Source: a bacterium (GTDB lineage Bacteria > Patescibacteriota > Minisyncoccia > Moranbacterales > GWC2-37-73). From it: a DNA stretch of 64,000 nt. The notes under the pieces were generated by a model that was not told the origin of the DNA, ran no database searches, and saw only the letters and a program-made list of their open reading frames with translations. Both the position numbers and the translations under genes were made by a program. Location of the stretch: positions 114,319 to 178,318 of the forward strand of contig JBAXDL010000001.1 of assembly GCA_037140955.1 (NCBI GenBank), given 5' to 3'. Positions 18,311-28,589 of the stretch are shown piece after piece (position 1 is the first letter of the stretch; every line of letters begins with the position of its first letter).

Positions 18311-19260
18311 TATAATAACTCACTTATAGATTCAAAGTTTTCTTGTTTTGTTTTTTCATCTGCAAGCATTGTGACAAGATCAATGCCTGGAGTGGTGTTC
18401 ATTTCAATGAAATATGGTTTTCCGAAGTTATCAAAAATAAAATCCAGTGAATATTGAGGATTGTGAAAAACATTAATTTTCTTGTTTATTCTTTTCAGTA
18501 TTTCTTCTAAGTTTTTTGGAATAAGATCAAGTGAAATCATTTTTCCACTAGCACCTTGATGCAAGTTAGTGAAAAGTGATTTTGGTGCAGCAATACGAGA
18601 AAGAGCATAGGCCAATTTTCCTCCTTGATATACAAGCCTCAAATCTGCAATTTCAGTTTCTTTTGAAATTCCAGGAATTCCTTTTTCGCTCAAAACAAAT
18701 TCCTGCACCAAAACGGGAAAAGAATAATTTTCAGACAATGCTTTTTTTCTTTCTCCAATAAAAATACCAAAACCACCAGAACCATACAGTGGCTTAATTA
18801 CAATTTTTTCAGCTGAAAATTTTCCTATTGCCGCAATAAGTTCAGCTTTATTGTTTGCGACTTTTGACATTGGCATAAACTCACCAAACATCACGTATTG
18901 AGACAACTTATTGTTAAAAGTTGCTCGAAAAAGTGGAGAATTAAAAAGAATAGTTTTTTGTGCCATTTGAAGCTTGAATTCTAGCATTGGATAGTCATAT
19001 TTGCTCAAAATTTTATCATACACCAAATCAGGTGAAATTTCTTTTTCTATTTTTTCCCAAACATTATTTCGATAAGCCCAAGCTTTAGTGAAAACATTTT
19101 TTTCAAGATCATACCATTTAATACTTGCTCTATACAATTCAATATTAGCTTTCTCAGCTCTTTTCATCCAATCTTGCACAGCCAACCTGGTTCCCTCGTT
19201 TGTAATAGGAATTTCTTTTTTCCAATCATCACCTGCATATGCAATAACAATATTTTTCAT
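18310..19260 (-). CDS. ATP-grasp domain protein
   Basis: VIKPLYGSGGFGIFI...LVQEFV ATP-grasp motifs. Confidence 0.6.
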   Translation of the reverse strand: MKNIVIAYAGDDWKKEIPITNEGTRLAVQDWMKRAEKANIELYRASIKWYDLEKNVFTKAWAYRNNVWEKIEKEISPDLVYDKILSKYDYPMLEFKLQMAQKTILFNSPLFRATFNNKLSQYVMFGEFMPMSKVANNKAELIAAIGKFSAEKIVIKPLYGSGGFGIFIGERKKALSENYSFPVLVQEFVLSEKGIPGISKETEIADLRLVYQGGKLAYALSRIAAPKSLFTNLHQGASGKMISLDLIPKNLEEILKRINKKINVFHNPQYSLDFIFDNFGKPYFIEMNTTPGIDLVTMLADEKTKQENFESISELL

Positions 19261-19293
19261 ACTTTTTAGCTAACATTTATTCAATCAAACTAA

Positions 19294-20730
19294 CTATTTA
19301 TTAACATCAATCAAAAATTTTCTCAGATTTCTTTTGCCAACTATTATGGGATATTTTAGATGTGAGCGATTTATCAAGGTCACTCTAGTTGGAATAATAA
19401 GATTATCCATGACTAATGTTATTTTAATGGTTGGTCGATAAGTTGCGCCACTAGCAGACTTGATCACAATGGTGCTTTCAAGATGAGGAATGTGTTTATA
19501 GATATCCCAGCGCTCTTTTTTACTAAGATGAGCAATGTCTGCATATGAAGTTTGAATTTCGCGAAAAGCTTTCACAGTGTCTTCGAAGCCTAGCTGCTCA
19601 GCCAAGTCCATGTCTATTGAAGTAAAGCCAGCCCCCGTGTCAATTTTCGCTTCAACCTCAACAAATTTTCCATTGAGGCCAATCAGCTTCACTTTTTCAA
19701 TTGCAGCAATAACTTTTCTTCCTGAAATTTCCTCCAACTCTTCTTCAATTTCACCACCAAACAAATCTTGACCCACACGAACTCCACGCTGAGCTGTTTT
19801 TATCTTCAAACCCTTGATGCGTTCCAGCCTTTCGCGCAAGCCACTCAAATTGGCAACCTGAATTGAGAGACCTGGACGCGCATTGATTTCCAAAAAAACA
19901 GGACCACGCTCACGATCAATGGCAACATCAGCACCCAAAAATCCCATGCCAGAAATTTCTTGAGCCTTAACAGCCAAAAGCAACATTTCTTTCCAATATG
20001 GAATTTTGATTCCAGAAAGCAACATACGAGTGCCTGGGACATAGTCTATAATCTTTCCCTTTCCAAGCACAGCTGTTGTTGTCACACCAGTTGCCAAATC
20101 AATTCCAATGCCAATTCCACCTTGTTGCAAGTTGGCCTTTCCGCCAGATTCCTTTGTTGGAAGACGAAGCATGGCCATCACCGGAATACGATTAAAAACA
20201 ATCACGCGAATATCAGGAATTCCCTTATAAGCATAGGGCTTGAACAATTTCAAAAGCGTTAGGCGCTCTTCAAAAAATGCAATGTCTGGCATGTTGGCCA
20301 AAGAAAATGCACCATCCAAAATATTTAAAATATGACTTTTTAAGTCTTGCACTGTGACCTTGCTTCCATCTGACTTTATCCAAACAGGCAATGGAAATTC
20401 GGTTTCCCCATTTTCATTGATCAATCCTTTCCCATTGTTTTTCTTTCTTCCATATACAACTAAAATTCCTCCACCACCATATCCACGATTTGGCTTGAGA
20501 GCAAAACTTGCAGGCAAAGAAAACCAATCGAAATTTTCCAATTCATCTGCTGTTCTTATTTTTGCAAGCAATTTTGGCACTGGAATTCCAGCCTTTTTGA
20601 GCATCCTTTTGCTCAAAATTTTGTCATCAGCCAATTTCTTTGCTTTTTTTCTATTGTATGGACGAATATAATCAAGATTGCGAGCATTCATGCCGAGCAA
20701 TTTGTTTCCATTTTTGATAAATTCAAACAT
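19294..20730 (-). CDS. RimK-like alpha-L-glutamate-ligase-type ATP-grasp fused to a retropepsin-like (DUF785) C-terminal domain
   Basis: N-terminal LKPNRGYGGGGILVV ATP-grasp; C-terminal AKIDTGAGFTSID aspartyl-protease-like motif. Confidence 0.6.
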   Translation of the reverse strand: MFEFIKNGNKLLGMNARNLDYIRPYNRKKAKKLADDKILSKRMLKKAGIPVPKLLAKIRTADELENFDWFSLPASFALKPNRGYGGGGILVVYGRKKNNGKGLINENGETEFPLPVWIKSDGSKVTVQDLKSHILNILDGAFSLANMPDIAFFEERLTLLKLFKPYAYKGIPDIRVIVFNRIPVMAMLRLPTKESGGKANLQQGGIGIGIDLATGVTTTAVLGKGKIIDYVPGTRMLLSGIKIPYWKEMLLLAVKAQEISGMGFLGADVAIDRERGPVFLEINARPGLSIQVANLSGLRERLERIKGLKIKTAQRGVRVGQDLFGGEIEEELEEISGRKVIAAIEKVKLIGLNGKFVEVEAKIDTGAGFTSIDMDLAEQLGFEDTVKAFREIQTSYADIAHLSKKERWDIYKHIPHLESTIVIKSASGATYRPTIKITLVMDNLIIPTRVTLINRSHLKYPIIVGKRNLRKFLIDVNK

Positions 20731-20758
20731 AGTTGGAATAATTAAAAAGACAAAAAAA

Positions 20759-21415
20759 CTATTTTAAGTTTTTCAAAACTTCATTGAAGCGAATATATTC
20801 ATTCAAGCGCAACCCATCCCATTTTCCCAAGAAAATATTAATTGGAATAGTGATCAAAATCAACCAGGGAAATGCGACAATGCCAGCAATCAAGAGCGAC
20901 CAACTAGCAAGATAATATCCAACCAAAGAAATGACCAGGGTTTCTATTGCCAAAATCATAGCCGCGCGATTTCCCTTTTCAATTTGCGTTGCCACAAATT
21001 TTTCCACAATTGTGATCATAATCAAAATTGGAAAAATTGAAACAGCAGCCAAGCCTGTCCTGTGCATTGAACCACCAAGACCAAGCAAAATCAAAATTGA
21101 AAATGCAATAATACTAAGAGTAATTGCCACACGTGGAAGATACAAAATGCGCAAACCCTTCAGTGCAAAGCGCAAAAGCATTCCAACCAAGATAACCACA
21201 ATAAAAATAACAACTCCGTAGCGAAGTTGTGGCACTGCCAAAAATGCAAAGGTTACAATAGCAGGAGTGTAGATTCCAAAAGCCTTGATCCCAATCACCT
21301 GACGAAAAAAAGCAATCAAAGTTACAATAATTGGTAACATTAAAAGAAGCACCACTGTGTCAAAAGGCACGCCTTGAGCAATAAAATATTTAATAAGTGG
21401 GCTTACGTTTTCCAT
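20759..21415 (-). CDS. 7-TM membrane protein (7TM_transglut-like, no transglutaminase domain)
   Basis: 218 aa, ~7 helices; gene neighbourhood with the RimK-like ligase and retropepsin-like protease. Confidence 0.4.
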   Translation of the reverse strand: MENVSPLIKYFIAQGVPFDTVVLLLMLPIIVTLIAFFRQVIGIKAFGIYTPAIVTFAFLAVPQLRYGVVIFIVVILVGMLLRFALKGLRILYLPRVAITLSIIAFSILILLGLGGSMHRTGLAAVSIFPILIMITIVEKFVATQIEKGNRAAMILAIETLVISLVGYYLASWSLLIAGIVAFPWLILITIPINIFLGKWDGLRLNEYIRFNEVLKNLK

Positions 21416-21420
21416 AGCTA

Positions 21421-21570
21421 TGCTCAGAATTTTAAATTATAAATTTGAAATTTTAAATAAATGATAAAATTTTCAAATTTAAGAATTAAAACATTTAAAA
21501 TTCAATTAAAATTTAAAATTTGTAATTTAAAATTATAGTCCCTAATTAAAACCAACAACAATAATCATCC
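21421..21570. repeat. AT-rich low-complexity array (AATTTTAAATTT-type) flanking ruvC
   Basis: a similar array lies at 22066-22185 and 10606-10660. Confidence 0.4.
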
Positions 21571-21574
21571 ACCA

Positions 21575-22063
21575 TCAGCCTTTAATCTCCCTCATCTTTC
21601 TACTATTAATATGGCATAGCGCGATTGCAATGGCATCGGCGGTGTCGTCTGGTTTTGGAATTTCCTTGAGTTTCAAAATATTCTTTACCATGAGCTGTAT
21701 TTGCTTCTTCTCTGCCCTGCCATATCCCGTCAAAGCCTGCTTGACTTGGAGCGGTGTATATTCAAATATGCTAACACAAAATCTCTCAAGTGTCAAGAGT
21801 ATTGACCCCCTTGCTTGGCTAACTTTCATGACAGTTTTCACATTTTTAAAGAAAAATAAATCCTCCACTGCAGCCTCCTGGGGCCTATATTTCTCAATTA
21901 TTTGCTCCAGGTCCCTGACAACCTCAAAAAGTCTTTCTGCGGTGGTATTTTTTGGTGAAGTTGTAATATGACCATATGCAACAGCACTAACTTGTCCCTT
22001 GATTTCATCTAAAATAGCCCAACCAACAATAGCAGTTCCAGGATCGATACCCAAAACCCTCAT
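21575..22063 (-). CDS. ruvC: crossover junction endodeoxyribonuclease RuvC
   Basis: MRVLGIDPGTAIVGWAIL N-terminus. Confidence 0.9.
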   Translation of the reverse strand: MRVLGIDPGTAIVGWAILDEIKGQVSAVAYGHITTSPKNTTAERLFEVVRDLEQIIEKYRPQEAAVEDLFFFKNVKTVMKVSQARGSILLTLERFCVSIFEYTPLQVKQALTGYGRAEKKQIQLMVKNILKLKEIPKPDDTADAIAIALCHINSRKMREIKG

Positions 22064-22065
22064 GG

Positions 22066-22185
22066 TTTCAGGTGAATTTTTAATTTTTAATTTTAAATTT
22101 TTAATAAATTTTTAATTTTTAATTTCAAATGTTTCAGACATTTAATCATTGAGGCTTCATTCGAAATTCAAAATTTTTAATTCAA
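22066..22185. repeat. AT-rich low-complexity array (TTTTTAATTTT-type)
   Basis: degenerate tandem AATTTTTAATTTT units. Confidence 0.4.
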
Positions 22186-22215
22186 AATTACAATTTGTAA
22201 TCAGCAGATTACAAA
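22186..22215. terminator. perfect palindrome ACAATTTGTAAT-CAGCAG-ATTACAAATTGT overlapping the yebC stop
   Basis: 30-bp hairpin. Confidence 0.45.
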
Positions 22216-22925
22216 TTGTCGTATATTTCCTGCACATCATCATTTTCATCCAATTTTTCCAGAAGTTTTTCATATTCCAATTGCGTTTTTTCATCAAGCT
22301 CAGTTTTTTGTGTTGGAAAATATACCAACTCAGCACCCTGAACCTTAAGTCCAGCCTTATCAATATTTTCCTTAACATTTTGCAATTGATCCATTTTAGT
22401 ATAAACAATCACAACATCATCTTCAAAAGCAATGTCTTCTGCTCCGGCTTCAATGGCAATCATTTCGAGATCGTCCTGTTTGCTTTCCCCAATTGAAACA
22501 ACAATACTTCCAATCAATTTGAACATAAACTTCACACCACCTTCTGCTGCTGGCTTTCCACCGCCCTTGGTCAAAATGCTTCGCACTTCACTTCCTGTTC
22601 TGTTTCGATTGTCAGTGGCGGTTTTGATTAACATCGCCACATTTCCTGGACCATATCCTTCATAGATAAGCTCTTCAATTTCAGCGCCATCTTTAAGTTC
22701 GCCAGTTCCTTTCTTGATGGCTCTTTCAATGGTATCCTTAGGCATGTTTTCAAATCTTGCCCGATCAATAGCCATCTGCAATTTGAAGTTCATTTCAGGT
22801 TTTCCGCCGCCCTCCTTGGCCGCAATTGTGATCAATCGTCCATACTTAGTAAAAACATTTGCCCTCTTTGCATCATTAACACCTTTTCTTTGCTTTATTC
22901 CAGCCCAATGTGAATGTCCTGACAT
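22209..22925 (-). CDS. yebC: YebC/PmpR family DNA-binding regulator
   Basis: MSGHSHWAGIKQRKG N-terminus. Confidence 0.9.
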   Translation of the reverse strand: MSGHSHWAGIKQRKGVNDAKRANVFTKYGRLITIAAKEGGGKPEMNFKLQMAIDRARFENMPKDTIERAIKKGTGELKDGAEIEELIYEGYGPGNVAMLIKTATDNRNRTGSEVRSILTKGGGKPAAEGGVKFMFKLIGSIVVSIGESKQDDLEMIAIEAGAEDIAFEDDVVIVYTKMDQLQNVKENIDKAGLKVQGAELVYFPTQKTELDEKTQLEYEKLLEKLDENDDVQEIYDNL

Positions 22926-23071
22926 AATTTATATCGCGTATCTTGTATTTTGTATTTTGCATGAAATATCTTCAAACCCAATACCACCTACTGATAACTT
23001 ATTAAATTCTTTATAAGTTTTATACCTATTTAAAGTCTAGCACCATAAACCGCTTATTTCAAGCTATATTA

Positions 23072-23100
23072 TTGACAATAATATTTTTTTCAATTATCAT
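23072..23100 (+). promoter_or_regulatory. promoter TTGACA-N17-TATCAT
   Basis: canonical spacing; upstream of the zinc-ribbon ORF. Confidence 0.45.
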
Positions 23101-23121
23101 AAATCTTCAATATTAATAATA

Positions 23122-23331
23122 TTGAAACACCACTTAAAAAGGAGGCTTGCCATGTTTGAAAAATTGAAAGACTTGCTAGAGGGATTCAAGCCTGAGAAGC
23201 GTTATGATTGTCTCAAATGTGACACGCTGATCAAATCAAGAACCAGACCAACGGAATGCCCCAATTGTGGCGCAACTGCAAAAAGCATTGCTATCAGAAG
23301 AAAGGTTCATCCAATTCAAAAAATTAGATGA
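23122..23331 (+). CDS. small zinc-ribbon protein
   Basis: SD AAAAGGAGG; CLKCD...CPNCG paired CxxC. Confidence 0.5.
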   Translation: MKHHLKRRLAMFEKLKDLLEGFKPEKRYDCLKCDTLIKSRTRPTECPNCGATAKSIAIRRKVHPIQKIR

Positions 23332-23359
23332 GAGTCAAAAAGTGAAATGTCAAAAGGCG

Positions 23360-23395
23360 ATGGGATCCTCCAACGCCTTTTTTATTTGGAAAAAT
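23360..23395. terminator. bidirectional terminator AAAAGGCG...CGCCTTTTTT
   Basis: hairpin with A and T tails. Confidence 0.45.
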
Positions 23396-25379
23396 AATTC
23401 AAAAGCATGTTCAGCTTTAGATTAAATGCGGCAGGAATATTCCTAAGAAAGGTCACTGTATAATGTTCATGCTCTTCATTTTGTGGGGTGAAAAAATAGA
23501 CTCCATCGATTTCATGCATATTTTCCATTTCAAGAGTGCCTGGCTCAACTTTCAATAATTTAATTTTAACACTCTGATTATAAAGCAAAGCAAATTTATT
23601 TTTTTTCTTGATCTCATTTTGAGAAACAACCACTTCTTCTGCTTTATTTTCTACAATCTCCTCATCATTTTGATTATTAAATTGTGCTTCTTGTTGCAAG
23701 GATTGATCTGGGACAAAAATTTCTATTGTTGAATTTTGCATTTTGGGTTTTGGATTTTGTAATATCCATTTCCAGCCCACCCCTTTTACTTTCACATATC
23801 TTTCTCCTTCGGCAATTGAGCCTTCAGCGGCCTTGTATTTAACCTCATGTGCAACTTTTCCGTCAGGATAACGCAATTGTATTTTTGCTTTGGTGTTGTT
23901 GAGCGAAAATCTTGCCACCTCATTGTTGAGTTGTTTTTCTTTTTTCCCTTTGATAATAACGTCTTGTCTGATTGGATGATTCACAAATTTTTTCCAACCC
24001 GTTGCCACACTCCAACCATTTAGATTTATTTTTTTCTTAGTTTTATTTTCCACAGTTATCGATTCGCTGCCTCCATCAGAACCAGCCGGATTAGCATCAA
24101 TGGCCACAATCTTAATTTTTGGATGCGAACATTCTTTCACTTCAACAATAAAATTTTTCACAACATCCTCATTTCCATCAGTGATTTTTACCATTACTTG
24201 ATACTTACCAGTGTTTGAATACTTATGGGTTGTTTTTGCAAGATAACTTTTGTGTCCATCGCCAAAATCCCAAACAACTTTAATGCTTTCACCATCAATG
24301 TCGCCAGTGGAAATAAAAAAACTAGCATAGACATCCACAAAAACATCGTCATCAATTTCAAGCTCACCAAAAGGAAGATTGTTGAAAATATTTTCCAGAC
24401 CTTTTGTTAGAAATTTTGTCCAACGCCAAACAAGTCCATCAAAGCTGAATGATTTTCCCTCTTTGGCGCTTGGATATGTTGCCATTGAGACAGTTTCTCC
24501 ATTTGGATTTTTAAGCTCTACTGTTTCAGTTCCACTATCATTAAGTTCAAGTGTGCAATTTTTTTCAGGTTCATCTTCCACAACCAAAAATTTTTTGTTC
24601 TCAATACTTTTTCCATCAAGCAAACAAACATTTTTTCCATAGTCAACAATTTTCCAACCATCAAGCACAATTTTTTCACCAGAAGAATTGAAAAGTTCCA
24701 CATATTCTCTTTCATTTGTATTTTTGTTTGGATGTGGGTAGAGCTCATTTAGAAAAATTCCATTGGGATATTTTATTTTTTCTTTTTCAGTGAATTTTTT
24801 GTTTTCTTTTCCTGGAGAAGGATTTTCCAAAAGCACAAAATCCTCAGAATTATTGCCGGTGTCTTTTCCATCAAGTCGACCATAACTCTCACCATCCAGT
24901 GGCTGGGTGAAGGGCTTTTCTTTGAAGCTTTTTGCATCTCCCCAACCAACCAAATCAAGCAAGACTCCACTTTTATCAAGAAGACCAACTGTATTGTTTG
25001 CAGCAATTGAATATGACGAACTTGAATAATCCAAATCAGCTTTTATTTCTTGTTTGTATTGAGGATGAGCAATAACAAAAAAATTATGTGCGCCAATTGT
25101 TCCTAAAAAATGAGTTGCACTTACCAAAGAAGAAAAATCATTTCCACTTTCTGTTTTTTTCATTAATTTGTATCCACCTAAAGAAACATCTTCACTGCCA
25201 TCATTATATAGCTCAACAAATTCATTTTTGGTTGATTTTTGGTCGCCTATCAAAATCTCATTGATAACTATTTTCGCCTCGGCAACTCGAAAAACAAAAA
25301 ACACCGCCAAAAGCAGTGTCAGAAAAATTTGATGACAAAAAAATAAGCTGGTTATTTTTTTTCTTCTTTTCTTTTTCAT
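23382..25379 (-). CDS. large secreted lamin-tail-domain (LTD) repeat protein
   Basis: signal peptide; VINEILIGDQ...FVELYNDGSEDVSL and a second LNELYPHP...YVELFNSSGE LTD motif; PKD-like segment. Confidence 0.6.
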   Translation of the reverse strand: MKKKRRKKITSLFFCHQIFLTLLLAVFFVFRVAEAKIVINEILIGDQKSTKNEFVELYNDGSEDVSLGGYKLMKKTESGNDFSSLVSATHFLGTIGAHNFFVIAHPQYKQEIKADLDYSSSSYSIAANNTVGLLDKSGVLLDLVGWGDAKSFKEKPFTQPLDGESYGRLDGKDTGNNSEDFVLLENPSPGKENKKFTEKEKIKYPNGIFLNELYPHPNKNTNEREYVELFNSSGEKIVLDGWKIVDYGKNVCLLDGKSIENKKFLVVEDEPEKNCTLELNDSGTETVELKNPNGETVSMATYPSAKEGKSFSFDGLVWRWTKFLTKGLENIFNNLPFGELEIDDDVFVDVYASFFISTGDIDGESIKVVWDFGDGHKSYLAKTTHKYSNTGKYQVMVKITDGNEDVVKNFIVEVKECSHPKIKIVAIDANPAGSDGGSESITVENKTKKKINLNGWSVATGWKKFVNHPIRQDVIIKGKKEKQLNNEVARFSLNNTKAKIQLRYPDGKVAHEVKYKAAEGSIAEGERYVKVKGVGWKWILQNPKPKMQNSTIEIFVPDQSLQQEAQFNNQNDEEIVENKAEEVVVSQNEIKKKNKFALLYNQSVKIKLLKVEPGTLEMENMHEIDGVYFFTPQNEEHEHYTVTFLRNIPAAFNLKLNMLLNYFSK

Positions 25380-25405
25380 GTTGTCATGAACCCCATTCGA
25401 TAATG

Positions 25406-25993
25406 TTAGTCATCTGCTCCTTGAATTTTTTCCTTTATCATTTCTCCAATTTCTGCCGTGTCATTGTCTTGCTGCTTTCTTTGCAGCTCCAAAATAATAT
25501 TTTTAACATGATATGGATCAGAAACTGTTCTAAAGATGAACTCACCTTCTTCTGCTGCTGTTTGAATTTTCACATCGCCAAAATTTAGCATAGTGGGAAT
25601 TATACCCTCAACTTGAGTGGTCACATCTTGAATTTTTTCATAACGCAGCTCGCTAACCTTTCGCATGAACAGCCCTTTTTGTTCAATATTAACAATGCGC
25701 TGAGCAGTGATCACCCAAACATCAAAATAATAATCAACCCAAATCAAAAAACCAAACAACCACAAAGCAAGCAAAACAACATTTTCAAAAAACAATGTCG
25801 CTGCCCTATAATTGTCCGCCAGCATGTCAGGAAAAAGCAGCGGAAAATACAAAACAGCGCCAACAAAAACAACCAACATCAAAATCAAAAAGAAATATTG
25901 CTGCAAAAGATAAAACCAATTGCGATGATAGACATACAAAATTTCATCGCTTTCATCCAAATCCTTGAAGTGATAATTTTCAAATTCTTTCAT
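25406..25993 (-). CDS. membrane protein with bacterial PH-like domain (YdbS/DUF304-like)
   Basis: two N-terminal TM helices then a PH-like region. Confidence 0.45.
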   Translation of the reverse strand: MKEFENYHFKDLDESDEILYVYHRNWFYLLQQYFFLILMLVVFVGAVLYFPLLFPDMLADNYRAATLFFENVVLLALWLFGFLIWVDYYFDVWVITAQRIVNIEQKGLFMRKVSELRYEKIQDVTTQVEGIIPTMLNFGDVKIQTAAEEGEFIFRTVSDPYHVKNIILELQRKQQDNDTAEIGEMIKEKIQGADD

Positions 25994-26281
25994 ATTTTTT
26001 ATAAAACACCCGAAAACAAGCTCAACAAATTAATCTGAGAAAAAAGAATAAAATTAGTGAAAAGCAAAACGCCCACAACCGGAATAAAAATCCCTAGTGT
26101 TATCAATTTTGAAGATGAGCAATAAGAAAAAGCCGTTATGTGATAAACAATAAAAGCACTCATCACGAACATGGTGAGGAAAAAAAGATAATACAAAATT
26201 TGAAGAATCAAGATCAGCATGCAAAAAATAAATGATATTTATTTTTATATTATAGCACATCTTTTTCAGACAAAAACAAAA

Positions 26282-27292
26282 CTATGACAATTTTTGCAAG
26301 TTTGCTTCTGGCATGTCAATTCCCATGTGCAAATATCCATGCTCGGTGACCATGCGCCCTCTTGGGGTGCGCACAAGAAAACCAAGTTGAATCAAAAACG
26401 GCTCATACACATCTTCAATGGTTTCAATCTCTTCTGATGTTGCAGCTGCTATTGTTGAAATTCCCACTGGTCCACCATTGAATTTTTTGATAATAGTTTC
26501 CAAAATGTAGCGATCAGTTGGTTCAAGACCAAGATGATCGACGTCCATCATTTCAAGTGCTTTTCTGGCAATCACACTGTCAATCAGTGGATGATCATTG
26601 ATTTGAGCAAAATCACGAACTCTTTTGATGATTCTGTTTCCAACACGTGGAGTTTTGCGACTAGAAATTGCAATTTCGCGAGCACCAGTTTCATCTAATT
26701 CTATTCCCAAAATTTTTCCGGAGCGATGAATGATGTTTTTCATCTCATCTTCATTGTAAAATTCAAGTCGATGAATCGCACCAAAACGATTGCGCAGCGG
26801 ATTGGAAAGCGCGCCAAGTCGAGTTGTGGCACCAATCAAAGTGAATTTTGGCAGATCAAGTTGCAATGTTCGCGCTGATGGACCTTTTCCAATAATCACA
26901 TCCAATTTGTAATCTTCCATAGCAGGATATAAAACTTCTTCAATCAATTTGTTCAATCGATGAATTTCATCAATAAAAAGAACATCACCATCTTGCAAAT
27001 TGGTCAAAATCGAGCCAAGGTCGCCAACTCTTTCAATGGCAGGACCAGATGTCACCTTGATGTTAACACCCATCTCTTTGGCGATAATATGAGCCAGGGT
27101 TGTCTTTCCAAGTCCAGCCGGCCCATACAAAAGCACATGTTCAATTGATTCACCTCTTTTCTTGGCAGCATCAATAAACATCTGCAAATTTTTGCGAATT
27201 TTTTGTTGTCCAACATATTCACTCAAGCGCTGTGGACGAAGCGTGTTGTCCAAAATGACATCATCCTCTTGCTCTTCTGAAGTAGTAATCAT
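26282..27292 (-). CDS. ruvB: Holliday junction DNA helicase RuvB
   Basis: [12 protein letters not shown]...[14 protein letters not shown] Walker A; AAA+ RuvB. Confidence 0.92.
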   Translation of the reverse strand: MITTSEEQEDDVILDNTLRPQRLSEYVGQQKIRKNLQMFIDAAKKRGESIEHVLLYGPAGLGKTTLAHIIAKEMGVNIKVTSGPAIERVGDLGSILTNLQDGDVLFIDEIHRLNKLIEEVLYPAMEDYKLDVIIGKGPSARTLQLDLPKFTLIGATTRLGALSNPLRNRFGAIHRLEFYNEDEMKNIIHRSGKILGIELDETGAREIAISSRKTPRVGNRIIKRVRDFAQINDHPLIDSVIARKALEMMDVDHLGLEPTDRYILETIIKKFNGGPVGISTIAAATSEEIETIEDVYEPFLIQLGFLVRTPRGRMVTEHGYLHMGIDMPEANLQKLS

Positions 27293-27533
27293 ATTTTAAT
27301 CATCTAGTGCTTAATTTTTCTAAAACATACTTTTTTCTAACAATTGCCACCGTCTATTGTATTTATCTTATGTTATCTCAAACAAAAAAGATAGTGATAT
27401 TATTCAAAAATTACATATTTTGAAACAAAAAAAGATTAAGCACGTATTAAAAAATATGAGCAGCCAGCATGCTGGGTTTTTAGCGCAAGAATAAGGATTT
27501 TATGACTTTTACTAAACATAAATCTCAAATATC

Positions 27534-27562
27534 TTGACAAAATTCTAAAGACGTGCTAATCT
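27534..27562 (+). promoter_or_regulatory. promoter TTGACA-N17-TAATCT
   Basis: canonical spacing; precedes a GC-rich ORF-free segment. Confidence 0.45.
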
Positions 27563-27569
27563 CAACAAT

Positions 27570-27780
27570 CAAGTGAAAAAGCTCTTAGACAATATTTGTT
27601 TTCATTAACCTGTAGACAGTTGGGGACTTCTATCTTTTGTCCTCAATATCGGTTGCTTTTTTGTCCAGACATGGGTATGGCGGTTTCGGCGGCTCTACAC
27701 CTCGACACTGCAACTTCCCGGCGGGATCAATCTTGCCGGACATGTCTACAGATTAATGAACACAAGTTGCACTTGTTACC
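27570..27780 (+). ncRNA. candidate structured ncRNA of unknown family (possibly 6S-like)
   Basis: GC-rich island with no credible ORF; closing helix CTGTAGACAG/CTGTCTACAG; internal hairpins (UUGGGGAC/GUCCUCAA, CCGGC/GCCGG); own promoter and terminator. Confidence 0.35.
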
Positions 27781-27782
27781 GA

Positions 27783-27822
27783 AAAAAACCTTCAAGCTTA
27801 GCGCGAGAAGGTTTTTTATTTT
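27783..27822. terminator. bidirectional terminator AAAAAACCTTC...GAAGGTTTTTT
   Basis: 11-bp stem with A and T tails; closes both the ncRNA and the convergent TrmB gene. Confidence 0.55.
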
Positions 27823-27824
27823 GT

Positions 27825-28589
27825 CTAATTCTTTGGCAAGGTGTTCCAAAGAAGATCGAATGTCAGCTTTTGCAAGTCAGCAAGTTCTTTTGACTCAATT
27901 AAGGTCGCCATTTTTTCCTTCCAAGAAACAATAAGTATTTTGTTGTTATAGATGTTTACCTCAGGAGAAAAGCTCATTTTCTCATCAGGCAAAAAACGTG
28001 TATCGCGCATTTCTTCTTGATTAAATGGCACTCTTTCCATTGATAACTTATTTCTTGGAATAATAGCTTTAATAAAAATCTTACTTCCCGCGCGACGTTT
28101 GTAATATTCTGGAAAAAAGTTTGGCAAAGCTGCATGCATTGTTTCAGCATTAGCATATGCCAAAATAATTTCCTTAGATGTCAGCGTGTCTTCATAGGCC
28201 TCGCGCATCCCCTTTTCACCCTCAAAAAACTGCACTTTTGGTTTGCTTGCACTAAAAATATTCTGCATGGATATTAGTTGTGGCAATAGCTGTGAAACTT
28301 TGTTTTTTTGTTTTTCAATTTCTTTTTGTTTTTCTTCTTTTTCCCTCTCAAGGTATTGCAAAAGATTTTTAGGATCAAGTGCATTAAAAAAGGTGCCTGC
28401 TCCCTTTTTATACTTACTTACAAGGCCTTTTTGCATCAAAAGTTCACAAATGTCATATACAGTCGTTCTGTTTAGTCTTGTCTTTTTGGCCAAATCGCCA
28501 GGCTTTTTCGAGCCAACTTCCAAAAGCGCCAAATAAACTTGGGATTCTTTTTCAGAAAAATTCAGCTCTTTTAACAAGTTTTTTATCAT
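27825..28589 (-). CDS. TrmB-family HTH transcriptional regulator (paralog 2)
   Basis: ELNFSEKESQVYLALLEVG...RLNRTTVYDICELLMQKGLV; own promoter TTGACA-17-TATAAT upstream. Confidence 0.6.
   Translation of the reverse strand: MIKNLLKELNFSEKESQVYLALLEVGSKKPGDLAKKTRLNRTTVYDICELLMQKGLVSKYKKGAGTFFNALDPKNLLQYLEREKEEKQKEIEKQKNKVSQLLPQLISMQNIFSASKPKVQFFEGEKGMREAYEDTLTSKEIILAYANAETMHAALPNFFPEYYKRRAGSKIFIKAIIPRNKLSMERVPFNQEEMRDTRFLPDEKMSFSPEVNIYNNKILIVSWKEKMATLIESKELADLQKLTFDLLWNTLPKN

Noticed and set aside
27600-27760. SRP (4.5S) RNA
   Set aside because: The minus strand has only a partial GTCCGG..GGGAAG resemblance to the domain IV motif. The clear promoter and terminator are oriented for the + strand, which lacks any GGAA-type loop motif.
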